A stretch of 64,000 nucleotides of DNA from assembly GCA_965248195.1 (NCBI GenBank), contig CBDFIQ010000001.1, forward strand, positions 96,001-160,000. Reading direction: 5' to 3'. The position numbers were made by a program, and so were the translations under genes. Origin of the DNA: Longimicrobiales bacterium (GTDB taxonomy: Bacteria > Gemmatimonadota > Gemmatimonadetes > Longimicrobiales > Gaopeijiaceae). The notes beneath the pieces were generated by a model. That model saw only the letters and a program-made list of their open reading frames with translations, did no database searches and had not been told where the DNA came from. This document shows, piece after piece, positions 26,549 to 36,786 of the stretch (positions are counted from its first letter, which is position 1; every line of letters starts with the position of its first letter).

Positions 26549-27442
26549 ATGATGAAGCTGGGGTATTTGCTCGCGGTGGGAGTTCTCGCGGTCGCGGTTC
26601 TCGCGGAGGGCACAATACCTCTCCGGGCGCAGACCAACATACCGGGCGCTGCCGGACCGGAGATGGTTCGAAATCTTCGTCCGTCCGGTCGGCCGGTGAT
26701 CCCGCTTTTTGACGGTTGGCACCCTAATCCCGACGGTTCCCACGGGCTGTGCTTCGGATACTTCAATCTGAACCTGGAGGAGGTGCTGGACATCCCATTG
26801 GGGCCGGACAATTTCATCGAGCCGACCCGTTTTGACGGGGGTCAGCCGACCCACTTCAGGCCGGTACCAACTCGCCTCGAGGGCTACGACCGGCGCTATT
26901 ACTGCGTCTTCAGCGTGAACTTGCCGCCAGGCTCCGAGAGTGAACGAGTGGTCTGGACGCTCCGGATCGACGGCGAGAGCTACTCGGTCCCTGGTCACAT
27001 TCAAGCGCCCTCCTACAAGATCGAAGAGCCGGACCAGCCTGGGAGAAACAGTGTGGCACCGTTGGTCCGGTTCCTCGATCCGGCGGGGCCGGAGGGAACA
27101 GGCCGGAGCCGGAGTGGCGACTTGATGGCCGGGCCCGTTACAACGAGGGTCGGCGATCCGCTGTCGCTCAGGATCTCCGTGAGCGCGCCGATGACGGGCA
27201 ATCCACATTCTGGATTTGAGCGGGTGAGGGCCCTTTGGGTGAAGCATCGCGGGCCTGGCAACGTGACTTTTCGCCCGACCGATCAAATGTCGATCCCCGA
27301 CGGAATGGAGGTACTGACGACCGGGACATTTAGTGAGCCCGGTGATTACGTGCTGCGCGTCCAGGCCTACGAGGGTAGAAGTCCGTGGGGCGCCCAATGC
27401 TGCTGGACCAACGCATACATCGAGGTTACCGTCACGCCCTAA
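26549..27442 (+). CDS. Exported hypothetical protein with Ig-like C-terminus
   Basis: Signal peptide; FGYFNLN and FSEPGDYVLRV motifs. Confidence 0.65.
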   Translation: MMKLGYLLAVGVLAVAVLAEGTIPLRAQTNIPGAAGPEMVRNLRPSGRPVIPLFDGWHPNPDGSHGLCFGYFNLNLEEVLDIPLGPDNFIEPTRFDGGQPTHFRPVPTRLEGYDRRYYCVFSVNLPPGSESERVVWTLRIDGESYSVPGHIQAPSYKIEEPDQPGRNSVAPLVRFLDPAGPEGTGRSRSGDLMAGPVTTRVGDPLSLRISVSAPMTGNPHSGFERVRALWVKHRGPGNVTFRPTDQMSIPDGMEVLTTGTFSEPGDYVLRVQAYEGRSPWGAQCCWTNAYIEVTVTP

Positions 27443-27510
27443 GTTCCAGGTCAGGTGCAGGACTCCGGCCTTGATTCCCCCGAAGGAGGTGCAGGACTCT
27501 GGTCTCGCCG

Positions 27511-28503
27511 TTGATAGGCAGGCTGGCGCTCGCGGTTCTGATCTCGAGCGTGTCCGCGTCCTGTGTCGACAGGGCGGGGGACCTTCCGTCCGGCACGGAG
27601 CAGAGCGCTGGCCCCATGGGACCGAGCGGGGGCTACAATCAGCGAGATCTCGACGTGGCGCGCCCGTTCGGCGGGCGGGCGCAGGCGGCGGTGGCGCGTG
27701 CGCTCGAAGGATCGGTCGACATCCACATGCACACGCACCCGGACATCGCCGAGCGCCCGGTTGACGCCTTCGAGGCAGCCGACCTCGCCAGTTTCTACGG
27801 ACTCCGTGCAGTCGTGCTCAAGAATCACTACGAGTCGACGGCCGCTCAGGCGTCTCTGGTGCGCAAGGTGGTATCGGGGGTCGAGATTTTCGGCGGGATC
27901 ACCATGGAGTTGACCAATGGCGGCGTCAATGCCGCGGCCGTGGAGCACATGGCCAACCTCGAGGGAGGGTTCGGACGCCTCGTCTGGATGCCGACCTACG
28001 ACGCTGAAGCCGTGGTTCGTAGGAGACAGAGTGATCAACCGTTCGCGCCGGTGTCGCGGAGCGGTGAGCTGCTGCCGGAAACGAAGGCCGTAATCTCGGT
28101 GATTGCCGAGTATGGGCTGGTGCTCGCCACGGGCCACGTGTCCCCCGAGGAGGGTCTCATGCTGGTCCGCGAGGGCCGTCGCCAAGGTGTCGAGCACGTG
28201 GTGGTCACCCACGCGATGGATACGGGTTGGACCGTGCCGGAGATGCGAGAGGCCGCCAACATGGGCGCCTTCATCGAGTGGGCGAAGCCGCTTGGAGGGA
28301 TCAGCATCGACGAGTACGCAGAGGGGATCCGGTTGCTCGGACCGGAGTTCACTATCCTCTCGCAGGTGGGCGTGTCACACCTGCCGCCGGAGCTCGTGGG
28401 TGCGTTCGTCGTTGCCCTTCTCGAGCGCGGCTTCACGGATCGGGAGCTCGATCGCATGATGAAGGAGAACCCGGCACGTCTGCTGGGGCTTTCGGTGCCG
28501 TAA
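27511..28503 (+). CDS. Amidohydrolase-superfamily (DUF6282-like) protein
   Basis: DIHMHTHPD, LKNH, ATGH, VTH and KENPARLLG motifs. Confidence 0.75.
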   Translation: MIGRLALAVLISSVSASCVDRAGDLPSGTEQSAGPMGPSGGYNQRDLDVARPFGGRAQAAVARALEGSVDIHMHTHPDIAERPVDAFEAADLASFYGLRAVVLKNHYESTAAQASLVRKVVSGVEIFGGITMELTNGGVNAAAVEHMANLEGGFGRLVWMPTYDAEAVVRRRQSDQPFAPVSRSGELLPETKAVISVIAEYGLVLATGHVSPEEGLMLVREGRRQGVEHVVVTHAMDTGWTVPEMREAANMGAFIEWAKPLGGISIDEYAEGIRLLGPEFTILSQVGVSHLPPELVGAFVVALLERGFTDRELDRMMKENPARLLGLSVP

Positions 28504-28571
28504 GGCATAGCCAGCACAAACGCCTTAGACAGGTCGCGGCAAAGATCTCGGCCGCCCGGGGAACACGGCTA

Positions 28572-29732
28572 CTAGTACCGGCTGACCGTCAGGCTGAACC
28601 CACCCGGTTGTGGCCTGTCGGAGGCGTTCGCGAAGTATGCGGTCGCACGGAGGAGCGACCCGCGCGGGACCACGACCGGGTCGCGGAAGATATAGGGTGT
28701 CGGCCAATCCAGCCGGATGTCCTTGGCAAACAAGAGGATCTCGGTGCCGCCATCGGGCCGGCGAAGGGACACTTCGAGCGACTGGATGCCCGGATCGAGC
28801 CGAGGCAGGAGGGACAAGAGTCGGGTCCCGTCGTCGATGGGCGTCTCGGACCGAAAACGCTGCATGGTCGCGCCTGCCGGAACCTCGCCCCTCACCTCGA
28901 GAACCAGGTCGGAGGGTATACTCGGTCCCGTTGCCGGCTCATCGGAGAAGAACAATGCGAGCCTTCCCTCGTCAACCACGCGTTCATCGGAAGTCGCGTA
29001 GTAGACGTCGGCGAGGACCCTCGCTCCGGCGGCCAGGCTGTAGGTTACGCCTCCAGGCAGGGCCGCGGATGTGTGCCAGGGTGTCCAGCTTCCCAGCCAT
29101 TGGCCGGTCCCGTCCACGAAGAACGTCGCTCCACGTACGACGCGGCGATCGCCCGGCTTGAACTCGATCCCACGAACCCGGCGCTCGGAAGTCAGTCCGA
29201 GATCGAGGATGATCCGCTCGACGCGCTCTTCTTGCTCCGGCTCGACGACCCTCGCTTCGAGGGTGCGGATCAGGCTGGGCTCGCCAAGCTCCCATGGGTC
29301 GAGGTCGGCACTCGAATTCGGGGCCTCGGGCGCCGCATCGGGATCTCTGACATTGAGGAATACCTCCCCCGCGTTTCGTGGACCGAGCCCCTCCACCCAT
29401 GAGACGACGAACTGCGTCTCCCGCAGCGTGAGGCCGTTGTCGTTGGCGAACTCTCCATAACCCGGGACGGCTGCCCACGGGGGCATGTGCCGGGACAGGG
29501 TGGCGGCACGAATTGCATCCCGACTCAGCCATGTCTCCTCGAACGTCACGAGCGGCGATGCCAGCCCCCCGCCGACGTGACATGCCACGCAGTGAGCGTC
29601 GAGGATCCGGACGATCTCGCGCTCGAAGAGGACCGTGTTGGTCGTCGTCACGTGGGTCAGCCCCTGCGGCGGCCAGAACACCCAGCTCCCCACAACGAAC
29701 AGAGCAACGATCACGGGGACAGCCTTCTTCAT
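28572..29732 (-). CDS. Cytochrome c / monooxygenase-like paralogue
   Basis: CVACH, MPPW and WVEG, similar in layout to the 25043 protein; His ligands absent. Confidence 0.65.
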   Translation of the reverse strand: MKKAVPVIVALFVVGSWVFWPPQGLTHVTTTNTVLFEREIVRILDAHCVACHVGGGLASPLVTFEETWLSRDAIRAATLSRHMPPWAAVPGYGEFANDNGLTLRETQFVVSWVEGLGPRNAGEVFLNVRDPDAAPEAPNSSADLDPWELGEPSLIRTLEARVVEPEQEERVERIILDLGLTSERRVRGIEFKPGDRRVVRGATFFVDGTGQWLGSWTPWHTSAALPGGVTYSLAAGARVLADVYYATSDERVVDEGRLALFFSDEPATGPSIPSDLVLEVRGEVPAGATMQRFRSETPIDDGTRLLSLLPRLDPGIQSLEVSLRRPDGGTEILLFAKDIRLDWPTPYIFRDPVVVPRGSLLRATAYFANASDRPQPGGFSLTVSRY

Positions 29733-29738
29733 GGTCCG

Positions 29739-30782
29739 CTACTCCGAGGCCGTGACCGTAAAGGTATAGGCGAAGGTGTAGACCTCATCGCGACGCTGGA
29801 ACTGTGCCCACGCACGGTACAGCCCCGGCCTCGGCATCAGCCCCTCGAAAGTGATCTCCGGCCCACCGCGCAACCTCGAAGCATCGACTCCCATCGGGAG
29901 CATCAAAGCCAACGGCCCCGTCTCGTCGTCGGAGTTCTCCATGTCGAGGGGGTGGGAGTGGACGTAGTGGACCAGGTCGTCACTCATGATCAGCATATGA
30001 CCGAACGAGCCGAGGTACGGCCGGAGATCCGTCACCGGGCGCCCGGTTTCCGTCTCGGTCAGCTCGAGCTTCAGGTGACCGTACAGTCCCGCAACGAACG
30101 TCTCGGGATCATAGGAGGCCGTGGCGGTGAGATCGTCGACCGACTTGGTGGGGCCGCTATCGGCGACCACACGCGCCGCGTCGGCCATCAGATCGCCGTC
30201 ATAGTTCGCCGTGACCAATGGCCGGGCGATGAATTGGGACGACCCACCGTTCGGGACGAAGTCGGAAAGCAGCTTGTAATACCCGTCTTCGGGAAACGTC
30301 ACGTCTATGGACCAGGAGCCATCGGGACCCTGCTCCGGGTGAAGGTGCTCGAAGTGCTCCATGTCCTGGCTGATGACGAACAGGTGATAGCGCCTGTCGT
30401 GAACGGTCACGAAGTCCCTCACCAACTGGCCCGTCCCGGGGTGGAAGATCCGGAACCTCAAGCTCGCAGCCTCACCGGCGCGGATCACCGCGGGTTCGGT
30501 CTCGAGCTCCAGCTCGTAGTCACGAACGTCATACGGGTTCGCCTCGACCAGCATCATGCCGTCGCGGGGACAGGTGCCGCCGATCTCAGACGTATAGTCC
30601 GGATGGATCGGGCACACATACGCGACTTCTTCATCGGGATCCAGAATGGGAGGGCCCATCTGAATCTCCGTGACCGGCGGGGCGCTTCGTCGTACGATCG
30701 CGAACGTTGCCGCCGCCGCCACGAGCAGGACCAGAACGATCCTGGGTGTCAGTCTGGACCCGGCTGTCAGTCTGGACTTCAT
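29739..30782 (-). CDS. Heavy-metal-binding domain protein
   Basis: YVCPIHP...GTCPRDGMML, HLHP, GHM and YVHSHP motifs. Confidence 0.75.
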   Translation of the reverse strand: MKSRLTAGSRLTPRIVLVLLVAAAATFAIVRRSAPPVTEIQMGPPILDPDEEVAYVCPIHPDYTSEIGGTCPRDGMMLVEANPYDVRDYELELETEPAVIRAGEAASLRFRIFHPGTGQLVRDFVTVHDRRYHLFVISQDMEHFEHLHPEQGPDGSWSIDVTFPEDGYYKLLSDFVPNGGSSQFIARPLVTANYDGDLMADAARVVADSGPTKSVDDLTATASYDPETFVAGLYGHLKLELTETETGRPVTDLRPYLGSFGHMLIMSDDLVHYVHSHPLDMENSDDETGPLALMLPMGVDASRLRGGPEITFEGLMPRPGLYRAWAQFQRRDEVYTFAYTFTVTASE

Positions 30783-30797
30783 TCGAGCCGGAGCCCG

Positions 30798-32777
30798 CTA
30801 CCGGTGCGGGCTTGTCGCATTGCCCTCGTAGGTGCCCGACCCCTGACCCGGCAGCTCGTCGCTGCGGGGCCCCGTGTACCGGGCCACGCGGAGTCCCGTG
30901 TTGCTATCGGTCCAGTAGATGAGTCCATCCTTGAAGACCGGGTAGCTTCGCGTGACGCCGTGGGGAAGGGTAAGCGCGTACCCGACCTCGCGCGGATTGT
31001 AGGGGTTCGAAATGTCGATCGCGCGAAGCCCGTGCCCATACCAGGTTGTAAACACCAGGTTTCTGAAGACGGTAGGGTTGTGATTCTGCTGCGGAACCCT
31101 CCGCCGCGGCTCACCGTCGGGCTCGGTGTTCGCCTGGGTCAGACATTCATCCATCTGGTTGTCCGGGATAGCGAACGCTCCGACCATGACCGGTGTCGTT
31201 TCCGACTCGACGGAAACGATGCGGGCGTGCATCAACGGACATCCACGGTTCTCATCGCTCAGCCATACATATGCGGGCCGGCCGTTCGTGTTGCCCCGTA
31301 CTTGGGCAGGACGTTCGGGCACGAAGACGGCACTGTGAATGCCGGTCGGGAGGGAGGGGAAGGGCGGGTGCACATCGATCCGGGAACGCGTCATCAGCAC
31401 CAGGTATCGTGCGGTCTTCGCGGCGTCCGAGGCTGCGGACCCGAGAAACGCCTCGAGGCCTGGATCGTCGTTCACGACCATGTGCAGGCAATCGCGGGCG
31501 ATCCCGCCCAACCGGGCAGCGTCAAGGACTCCGCGGGCCGACGCCACCGTGGAGCGTGGGTTGCAACCGGCCGTGCCCGTAACCAGGTCCTCGTTTCGGT
31601 TATGGGCAACGCCTGAAGAGTTCAGCACGTAGAAACCTGCGTTGCCTCCCGCGACGTATACACGCTCACCATCATCAGACACGGACAACGAGTGCAACAT
31701 GTTGACTTGCTGCTCCTGGTTGTTGCCCGGCCTGCCGGAGCGGTTGGTCGAAGCGCTGAAGTCGGCGAACCGGCCATCACCAAAAAGCCCGGTCTCATCC
31801 GCGCGCTCGTTGAGCGGGGGGCCACCCACGTCCTGTAAGCTGAAGCCTGCAAGGACCAGCGGATGTTGTAGCAGTTCCCCGCTGTCTTCGTCCGTCACCC
31901 CCAGAACGATCGCGTCGGGGATGCTGAGGGCGGGATTCGCCGGATCGGGCAATCCGCCGCCCGCAAACATCGCCACGTAGACGAGGATGCGGTCGGGGTT
32001 CGCGGGGTCATGCCAGAGGAAGAACTCGTGCGATGGTCCGCTGAAATCGTACGGCTCGCTCTGTTGGATGGGCAAGCAGGTATCCATGTCGACTTCGTAG
32101 GTTTCCAGCGTTCCGACGGTATTCGTGGTAGCGTTACGCACTAGAATCTGACGTTCTTCCCCCGCCGACGTCGTATAGACGAGAGAGCGAAGCTCACGAT
32201 CATCGAATCCCTCGTTGCCGATCACCATCGCGGGGATCTCTCCCACCTGGACAGGGGGCATCGTCTCCGGATCCGGCTGGATCCTGAAGATGTTGATCGG
32301 GTGTGTCGAGCCCGGTCCGTTGCGATGGCCGACGTATAGGCACTGACCGGCAATACCGAGCCCGCGTGCGTCCCCGGCTCCCTCGAGATCACCACCGCGC
32401 CAGGCACCGGTGCCTGGATCGCGCTCCGAGGGGACGGTAAGGACCCAATGGATTCTCTCGAAATTCCGGAAGAGGTGGAGCTCCGTCTCGAGTGCGGCGA
32501 ATCCCGCCCGGGCGTCCGCTTCCGACGAGAAAGGATCCAGCCCTCCCTGAGCATCCACACGGACCGAGGGCATCTGTCCGATTGGCGTGTCGAAGGTGCT
32601 CGGCTGGCATCCGGCCGGATCACCCGAGTAATCGACGCACTGTCCGCTATCTGACGACCCGGGTCGAATCGCGCTGCGCGACTGGCCGGTTTCACTCGAG
32701 CAACTCGCGACAAAGACGGCCAGGAGGCAGCACGTCGTGAGGCGGCGGAAGAAAGGAGTAACTCCTTGGATAGCCAT
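30798..32777 (-). CDS. Exported LVIVD-like beta-propeller lipoprotein
   Basis: Lipobox VASC; GLRAIDISNPYNPREVG repeat motif. Confidence 0.65.
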   Translation of the reverse strand: MAIQGVTPFFRRLTTCCLLAVFVASCSSETGQSRSAIRPGSSDSGQCVDYSGDPAGCQPSTFDTPIGQMPSVRVDAQGGLDPFSSEADARAGFAALETELHLFRNFERIHWVLTVPSERDPGTGAWRGGDLEGAGDARGLGIAGQCLYVGHRNGPGSTHPINIFRIQPDPETMPPVQVGEIPAMVIGNEGFDDRELRSLVYTTSAGEERQILVRNATTNTVGTLETYEVDMDTCLPIQQSEPYDFSGPSHEFFLWHDPANPDRILVYVAMFAGGGLPDPANPALSIPDAIVLGVTDEDSGELLQHPLVLAGFSLQDVGGPPLNERADETGLFGDGRFADFSASTNRSGRPGNNQEQQVNMLHSLSVSDDGERVYVAGGNAGFYVLNSSGVAHNRNEDLVTGTAGCNPRSTVASARGVLDAARLGGIARDCLHMVVNDDPGLEAFLGSAASDAAKTARYLVLMTRSRIDVHPPFPSLPTGIHSAVFVPERPAQVRGNTNGRPAYVWLSDENRGCPLMHARIVSVESETTPVMVGAFAIPDNQMDECLTQANTEPDGEPRRRVPQQNHNPTVFRNLVFTTWYGHGLRAIDISNPYNPREVGYALTLPHGVTRSYPVFKDGLIYWTDSNTGLRVARYTGPRSDELPGQGSGTYEGNATSPHR

Positions 32778-33004
32778 CGATCCTCCACGGGTCGGCGGTG
32801 GCGACATCACGTGACCAATCAAAAGCCCTTTGACGGCTCGGGGCAAGGTGAGGGGCTGCGGAAAAAGGAGTGCCCCGCAGCCCCGGTCGCATCACCTCGC
32901 ACCCGAGAGTACCTTACGCCGGACACGAAGAAGGTCGGGGGGTCTGCCGGACAGCCCGACCCGCACCGCGAAAGTCGGAGGACAGCTTGAAGATTCGAAC
33001 GGTC

Positions 33005-34720
33005 ATGCTTGAACGCACTGTTTCTTGGGCGATTTCTTGGGCGATGCTCGCCATCTTGGTTGCGGGCACGGCGGCAGTCGCGCAAACAGAGCTACCGGAG
33101 TGGGATCCGATCACGATGGAGCGGCTGCTGAACCCGGAGGACGGCGACTGGCTGAACTACCGGCGCACCTATGACGTGTTCGGCTTCAGCCCCCTGGACC
33201 AGATCAACAGGACGAACGTTCGAGATCTCCGACCTGTCTGGGCCTACTCGATGCGGGATAACAGCCGATGGGTACCGACGCCGATCATCGCGAACGGGCG
33301 CATGTACGTCGCCGAGGGCAGCGGCCGTGTCGTCGCCTTCGACGTAGTCTCCGGCGACGTCGCGTGGATACACGAACGGACCTATCCCGAGGACATTCAG
33401 CTTTCCCAGGCCTACCGCCGGCACCGTGGCGTCTCCGTCTACGACGACAAGATCTACTGGGGGACGGCCGACTCTTACCTGGTCGCGCTGGACGCGCGCA
33501 CGGGGGAACAGATCTGGGAGGCCAGGACTGGTGACTACCATACGGGCATAGGCCACAACCACCCTCCCTTGATCGCCGGTGGCAAGATCATCCTGGGATT
33601 CACCGGGGGTGACCGTGGCGCCCGCGGTGCAATCGCCGCGTACGATCCCCAAAATGGTGACCTGATCTGGAGGACCTATACCGTTCCCGCCCCGGGGGAG
33701 CCCGGTTCGGAGAGCTGGAAGGATAGTGACTACCCACCACTCGGTGGGGCGACGTGGGGCACGATCAGTTACGATCCCGAGTTGGGGTTCGTCTACTTCG
33801 GCACCGGTCAGCCTAGGCCCTGGTCTTCGACGCTTCGCGGTCTTGGCGATGCGTTGTACACGAACTCGGTCATCGCGCTCGACATCGAGAACGGCCAGAT
33901 GGAGTGGTACTTTCAGGTCGTCCCGGAAGACAACTGGGACATGGACTCACCGTACGAAAGCACCTTGCTCGATATGATCATCAACGGTGAGGTCCGTAAG
34001 GTGCTCATCCATACCAGCAAGATTGGTTGGGGCGTCGTGTTGGACCGGGAGACGGGCCAGTTCATTCACTCATTCAGGACCGCCTACGACAACCTTATTA
34101 TGGGTTGGACCGAAGAGGGGCGCCCGATCTTCAACCCGGATCAGATCCCTACAGCGGCGGACGTCGACTCCGACAAGGTCTTCGAGGTGTGCCCGCACTA
34201 TCACGGGGCGAGGAATCTGAATTCGCCGAGCTACAGTCCGCTCACAGGACTGTATTACATGGGCCTCAACAACAGCTGCATGGATGTCAATTTCGTCTCG
34301 GAGGAGCCGGGTGGGAGATACGCTGGTATGAGGTCTCGCGTAAAGATGGTGCCCGGCTACGACTACGTGGGAGAGTTCGTGGCCTTCGATCCGATCACGG
34401 GGGAGCGGGCATGGGAGTACCGACTGCCCGGCGGGGCCGCGATGACGGCCGCGGCGTTGGCGACGGCAGGTGGCATCGTGTTTGGGGGAGCTGCGGATCG
34501 TCGTTTTTTCGCGCTCGACACGGACACGGGGGAGGCCCTTTGGGAGATGCGCTTGAACGGTGACATATCAGGTGCCCCGGTCACCTTCGAGGTCGGGGGA
34601 AGGCAGTACGTCGCCGTCGGCGCGGGAGGTCGTATCGGCCAGACGACTTCCTACGCGCCGTTGACGGGTACGGACGTTCCGCAAGGAAGCGGCGTCATAT
34701 GGGTGTTCGCGCTGCCATAG
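33005..34720 (+). CDS. PQQ-dependent dehydrogenase (alcohol dehydrogenase-like)
   Basis: FSPLDQIN, ALDARTGEQIW tryptophan-docking repeats, DNWDMD and GRQYVAV. Confidence 0.88.
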   Translation: MLERTVSWAISWAMLAILVAGTAAVAQTELPEWDPITMERLLNPEDGDWLNYRRTYDVFGFSPLDQINRTNVRDLRPVWAYSMRDNSRWVPTPIIANGRMYVAEGSGRVVAFDVVSGDVAWIHERTYPEDIQLSQAYRRHRGVSVYDDKIYWGTADSYLVALDARTGEQIWEARTGDYHTGIGHNHPPLIAGGKIILGFTGGDRGARGAIAAYDPQNGDLIWRTYTVPAPGEPGSESWKDSDYPPLGGATWGTISYDPELGFVYFGTGQPRPWSSTLRGLGDALYTNSVIALDIENGQMEWYFQVVPEDNWDMDSPYESTLLDMIINGEVRKVLIHTSKIGWGVVLDRETGQFIHSFRTAYDNLIMGWTEEGRPIFNPDQIPTAADVDSDKVFEVCPHYHGARNLNSPSYSPLTGLYYMGLNNSCMDVNFVSEEPGGRYAGMRSRVKMVPGYDYVGEFVAFDPITGERAWEYRLPGGAAMTAAALATAGGIVFGGAADRRFFALDTDTGEALWEMRLNGDISGAPVTFEVGGRQYVAVGAGGRIGQTTSYAPLTGTDVPQGSGVIWVFALP

Positions 34721-34741
34721 ACCGCGCCCCGCGACGTGAGC

Positions 34742-36466
34742 TTATTTCTCGTCCAACGCCTGGAGCGCGATGAGCGAGGCGCTGTGGTTACTTCCGATCC
34801 AGAACGTCACCGGCGTCGTTGAATCGTCCACGAACACACGGCGAATGTTGACGCCCTTTTCGGGTAGCAGATACTCGACAAACTCCCCCGTCCCGGGAAT
34901 GAGCCGCACCACGCGATCGGTGAACATCGACCCGGTCCAAAGGTCGCCGTTCCTGTCCACGACGGTATCGTACGGCTTGGTGCGGGGCGTTGGCGGCTGC
35001 CACTCCTGGAATTCCTCGGTCCGAGGGTCGAACATGCCGATCACGTTACCACCAAATCCAGCGTACCAGACGCGGTCTTGCGAGTCGACCCCGCCCCTGC
35101 GCGGGCGCGACCCGAGCGTCGGTGTCTCATAGAGGGTGATTCCCCCGGTCTTGGCATCGATCCGACCGATGTGCTCGTTCGAGAAATCCATGAACCACAA
35201 GTTGTTCTCTGAGTCCGGCTGAATACCGTACAGGTTGTGCGAGCTACGTGTCGAGTTGAGGAACGGCTCGAAGGACTCGAATTCACCGGTCGCCAGGTCC
35301 AGACGATGAACCCCGGCGATCGACCGGTTTTGTAGCCAGACCTTTCCGTCCACGTGGGAGCTCTCCGGAGCCGCGTGGTTTATTTGAAAAAGGCGGGTGC
35401 CATGCGGCCCCTTGGGCTGCTCCAGCTCATCGGGAACCTTCCACACCCGGAACTCCTCGGTCTGCCGGTCAAATTTGAAGATGGACCCCTGGAACATGTT
35501 GCCTCCCCAGGGATTGCCGTCTCGGTCCAACTTCAAGGCCAGGATGCCGGTGGGATTTCCAGGCCTCGCCTCGGGAACTTGGTATTCCGTGACCTCACCC
35601 GTCCGTGGGTCGAGCTTGCCCAAGTACTGTTGCCCGAAGTCGACGTACCACACCATGCCGTCCGGATCGACTTCCGCGTCGTGCGGCGCTGTCGATGGGT
35701 TCGGAAGATCATACTCCGTAATGATGACTTGTGTGGCCCGTCCTGTAGGACGGGGGAAGGTCTCGAGGTCGTACTCCCGTTTGCCTGAGCTCAGATTGAT
35801 GCTGGCCAGATAGTCGGCCTGCCGCCGTCGAGCTTCCTGCTGCCGCTCGCTCCGCTCGGCGAACGGTGTCACCTGCTCGGCGGGACGCCTCTGCGGGTTG
35901 CCGGGGAAAGCCGACGTCACATAACCATCCATTCGTTCCAGGACGCCCAGCCAGGCGTCCGCATCGTACTGCGACCGCATGACTCGATCGATGGTATGGC
36001 AGCGCACACAGGACTCGAACATGCGCTTCTGCGCTTCTGTCCCGGGAATGCTCTCGAGCCACTCCGCGTTCGTGAGCTGAGCCTCGAGATCCTGGGTCGG
36101 GCGGAGGGCGAGATCGACTGTGGCCGTCCCCGACACTCCGACTTCCGCGGCCTTCGGGCCCTCAAGATCATAACCCACGGCACGGATGCTGAGTGTATGC
36201 GGCCCTGCTTGCAATCTGCCCTCAGGGAAGTGATACCGGCCCTGGGCATCGCTGATCACGCTGACCGCGATCGTGGAACCCTCCCGCTTTGCGGTGACGA
36301 CCACCCCTTCCATTGAGCCTTCCGCCGCAGAGGTGACCTGTCCGGTCACCGCGACCTCAGCTTGCGGGAGAGGAGCAAGTTCTCTTTGAGAGGCGAGAGC
36401 GATCAGCGCGCCGGCAAGAACCGCCAGGCTCGCAATGACTCCGAAAAACATGCGATTCGTCAGCAT
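34742..36466 (-). CDS. Carboxypeptidase-regulatory-like domain plus cytochrome c plus Vgb-lyase-like propeller
   Basis: Signal peptide, CVRCH and repeated GKLDP.TGEVTEY motifs; AAGGAGG RBS. Confidence 0.78.
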   Translation of the reverse strand: MLTNRMFFGVIASLAVLAGALIALASQRELAPLPQAEVAVTGQVTSAAEGSMEGVVVTAKREGSTIAVSVISDAQGRYHFPEGRLQAGPHTLSIRAVGYDLEGPKAAEVGVSGTATVDLALRPTQDLEAQLTNAEWLESIPGTEAQKRMFESCVRCHTIDRVMRSQYDADAWLGVLERMDGYVTSAFPGNPQRRPAEQVTPFAERSERQQEARRRQADYLASINLSSGKREYDLETFPRPTGRATQVIITEYDLPNPSTAPHDAEVDPDGMVWYVDFGQQYLGKLDPRTGEVTEYQVPEARPGNPTGILALKLDRDGNPWGGNMFQGSIFKFDRQTEEFRVWKVPDELEQPKGPHGTRLFQINHAAPESSHVDGKVWLQNRSIAGVHRLDLATGEFESFEPFLNSTRSSHNLYGIQPDSENNLWFMDFSNEHIGRIDAKTGGITLYETPTLGSRPRRGGVDSQDRVWYAGFGGNVIGMFDPRTEEFQEWQPPTPRTKPYDTVVDRNGDLWTGSMFTDRVVRLIPGTGEFVEYLLPEKGVNIRRVFVDDSTTPVTFWIGSNHSASLIALQALDEK

Positions 36467-36534
36467 TGAAGCACCTCCTTGCACCCCCGCATCCAAGCCG
36501 AAACCGTCGGAAAGCTACCGTCGGAATGTGGCAC

Positions 36535-36620
36535 TCGCTAGAGGGCCTCCTGCGTTCCCTGGCCCAGGTGCCCGACGTGGAGATCCCTGTTCCCGACCAT
36601 ACGACTCTGTCCCGGCGCCC
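36535..36620 (+). pseudogene. IS5-family (IS903-like) transposase fragment
   Basis: LEGLLRSL...EIPVPDHTTLSRR signature in a short isolated stretch. Confidence 0.65.
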
Positions 36621-36786
36621 CAGTGAAAGTCTGAGACTCTTGCAGCCCCACACGTCTTCGCCGCATGTTCTCCATCAGGTCTGATCCTATCTCCCGCCTG
36701 ACCGCCGCCCTTGAGGAGGATTATACGATCGAACATGAGTTGGGTGAGGGAGCGGATGTCTCTCTGGCAGGTGCCGGGCATCTAGA

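Noticed and set aside
29487..31616. Long antisense ORFs (709 aa here; also 41016-43106, 26051-27397 and 18458-19723)
   Set aside because: They are shadows of well-supported genes on the opposite strand in high-GC DNA, with no recognisable motifs.
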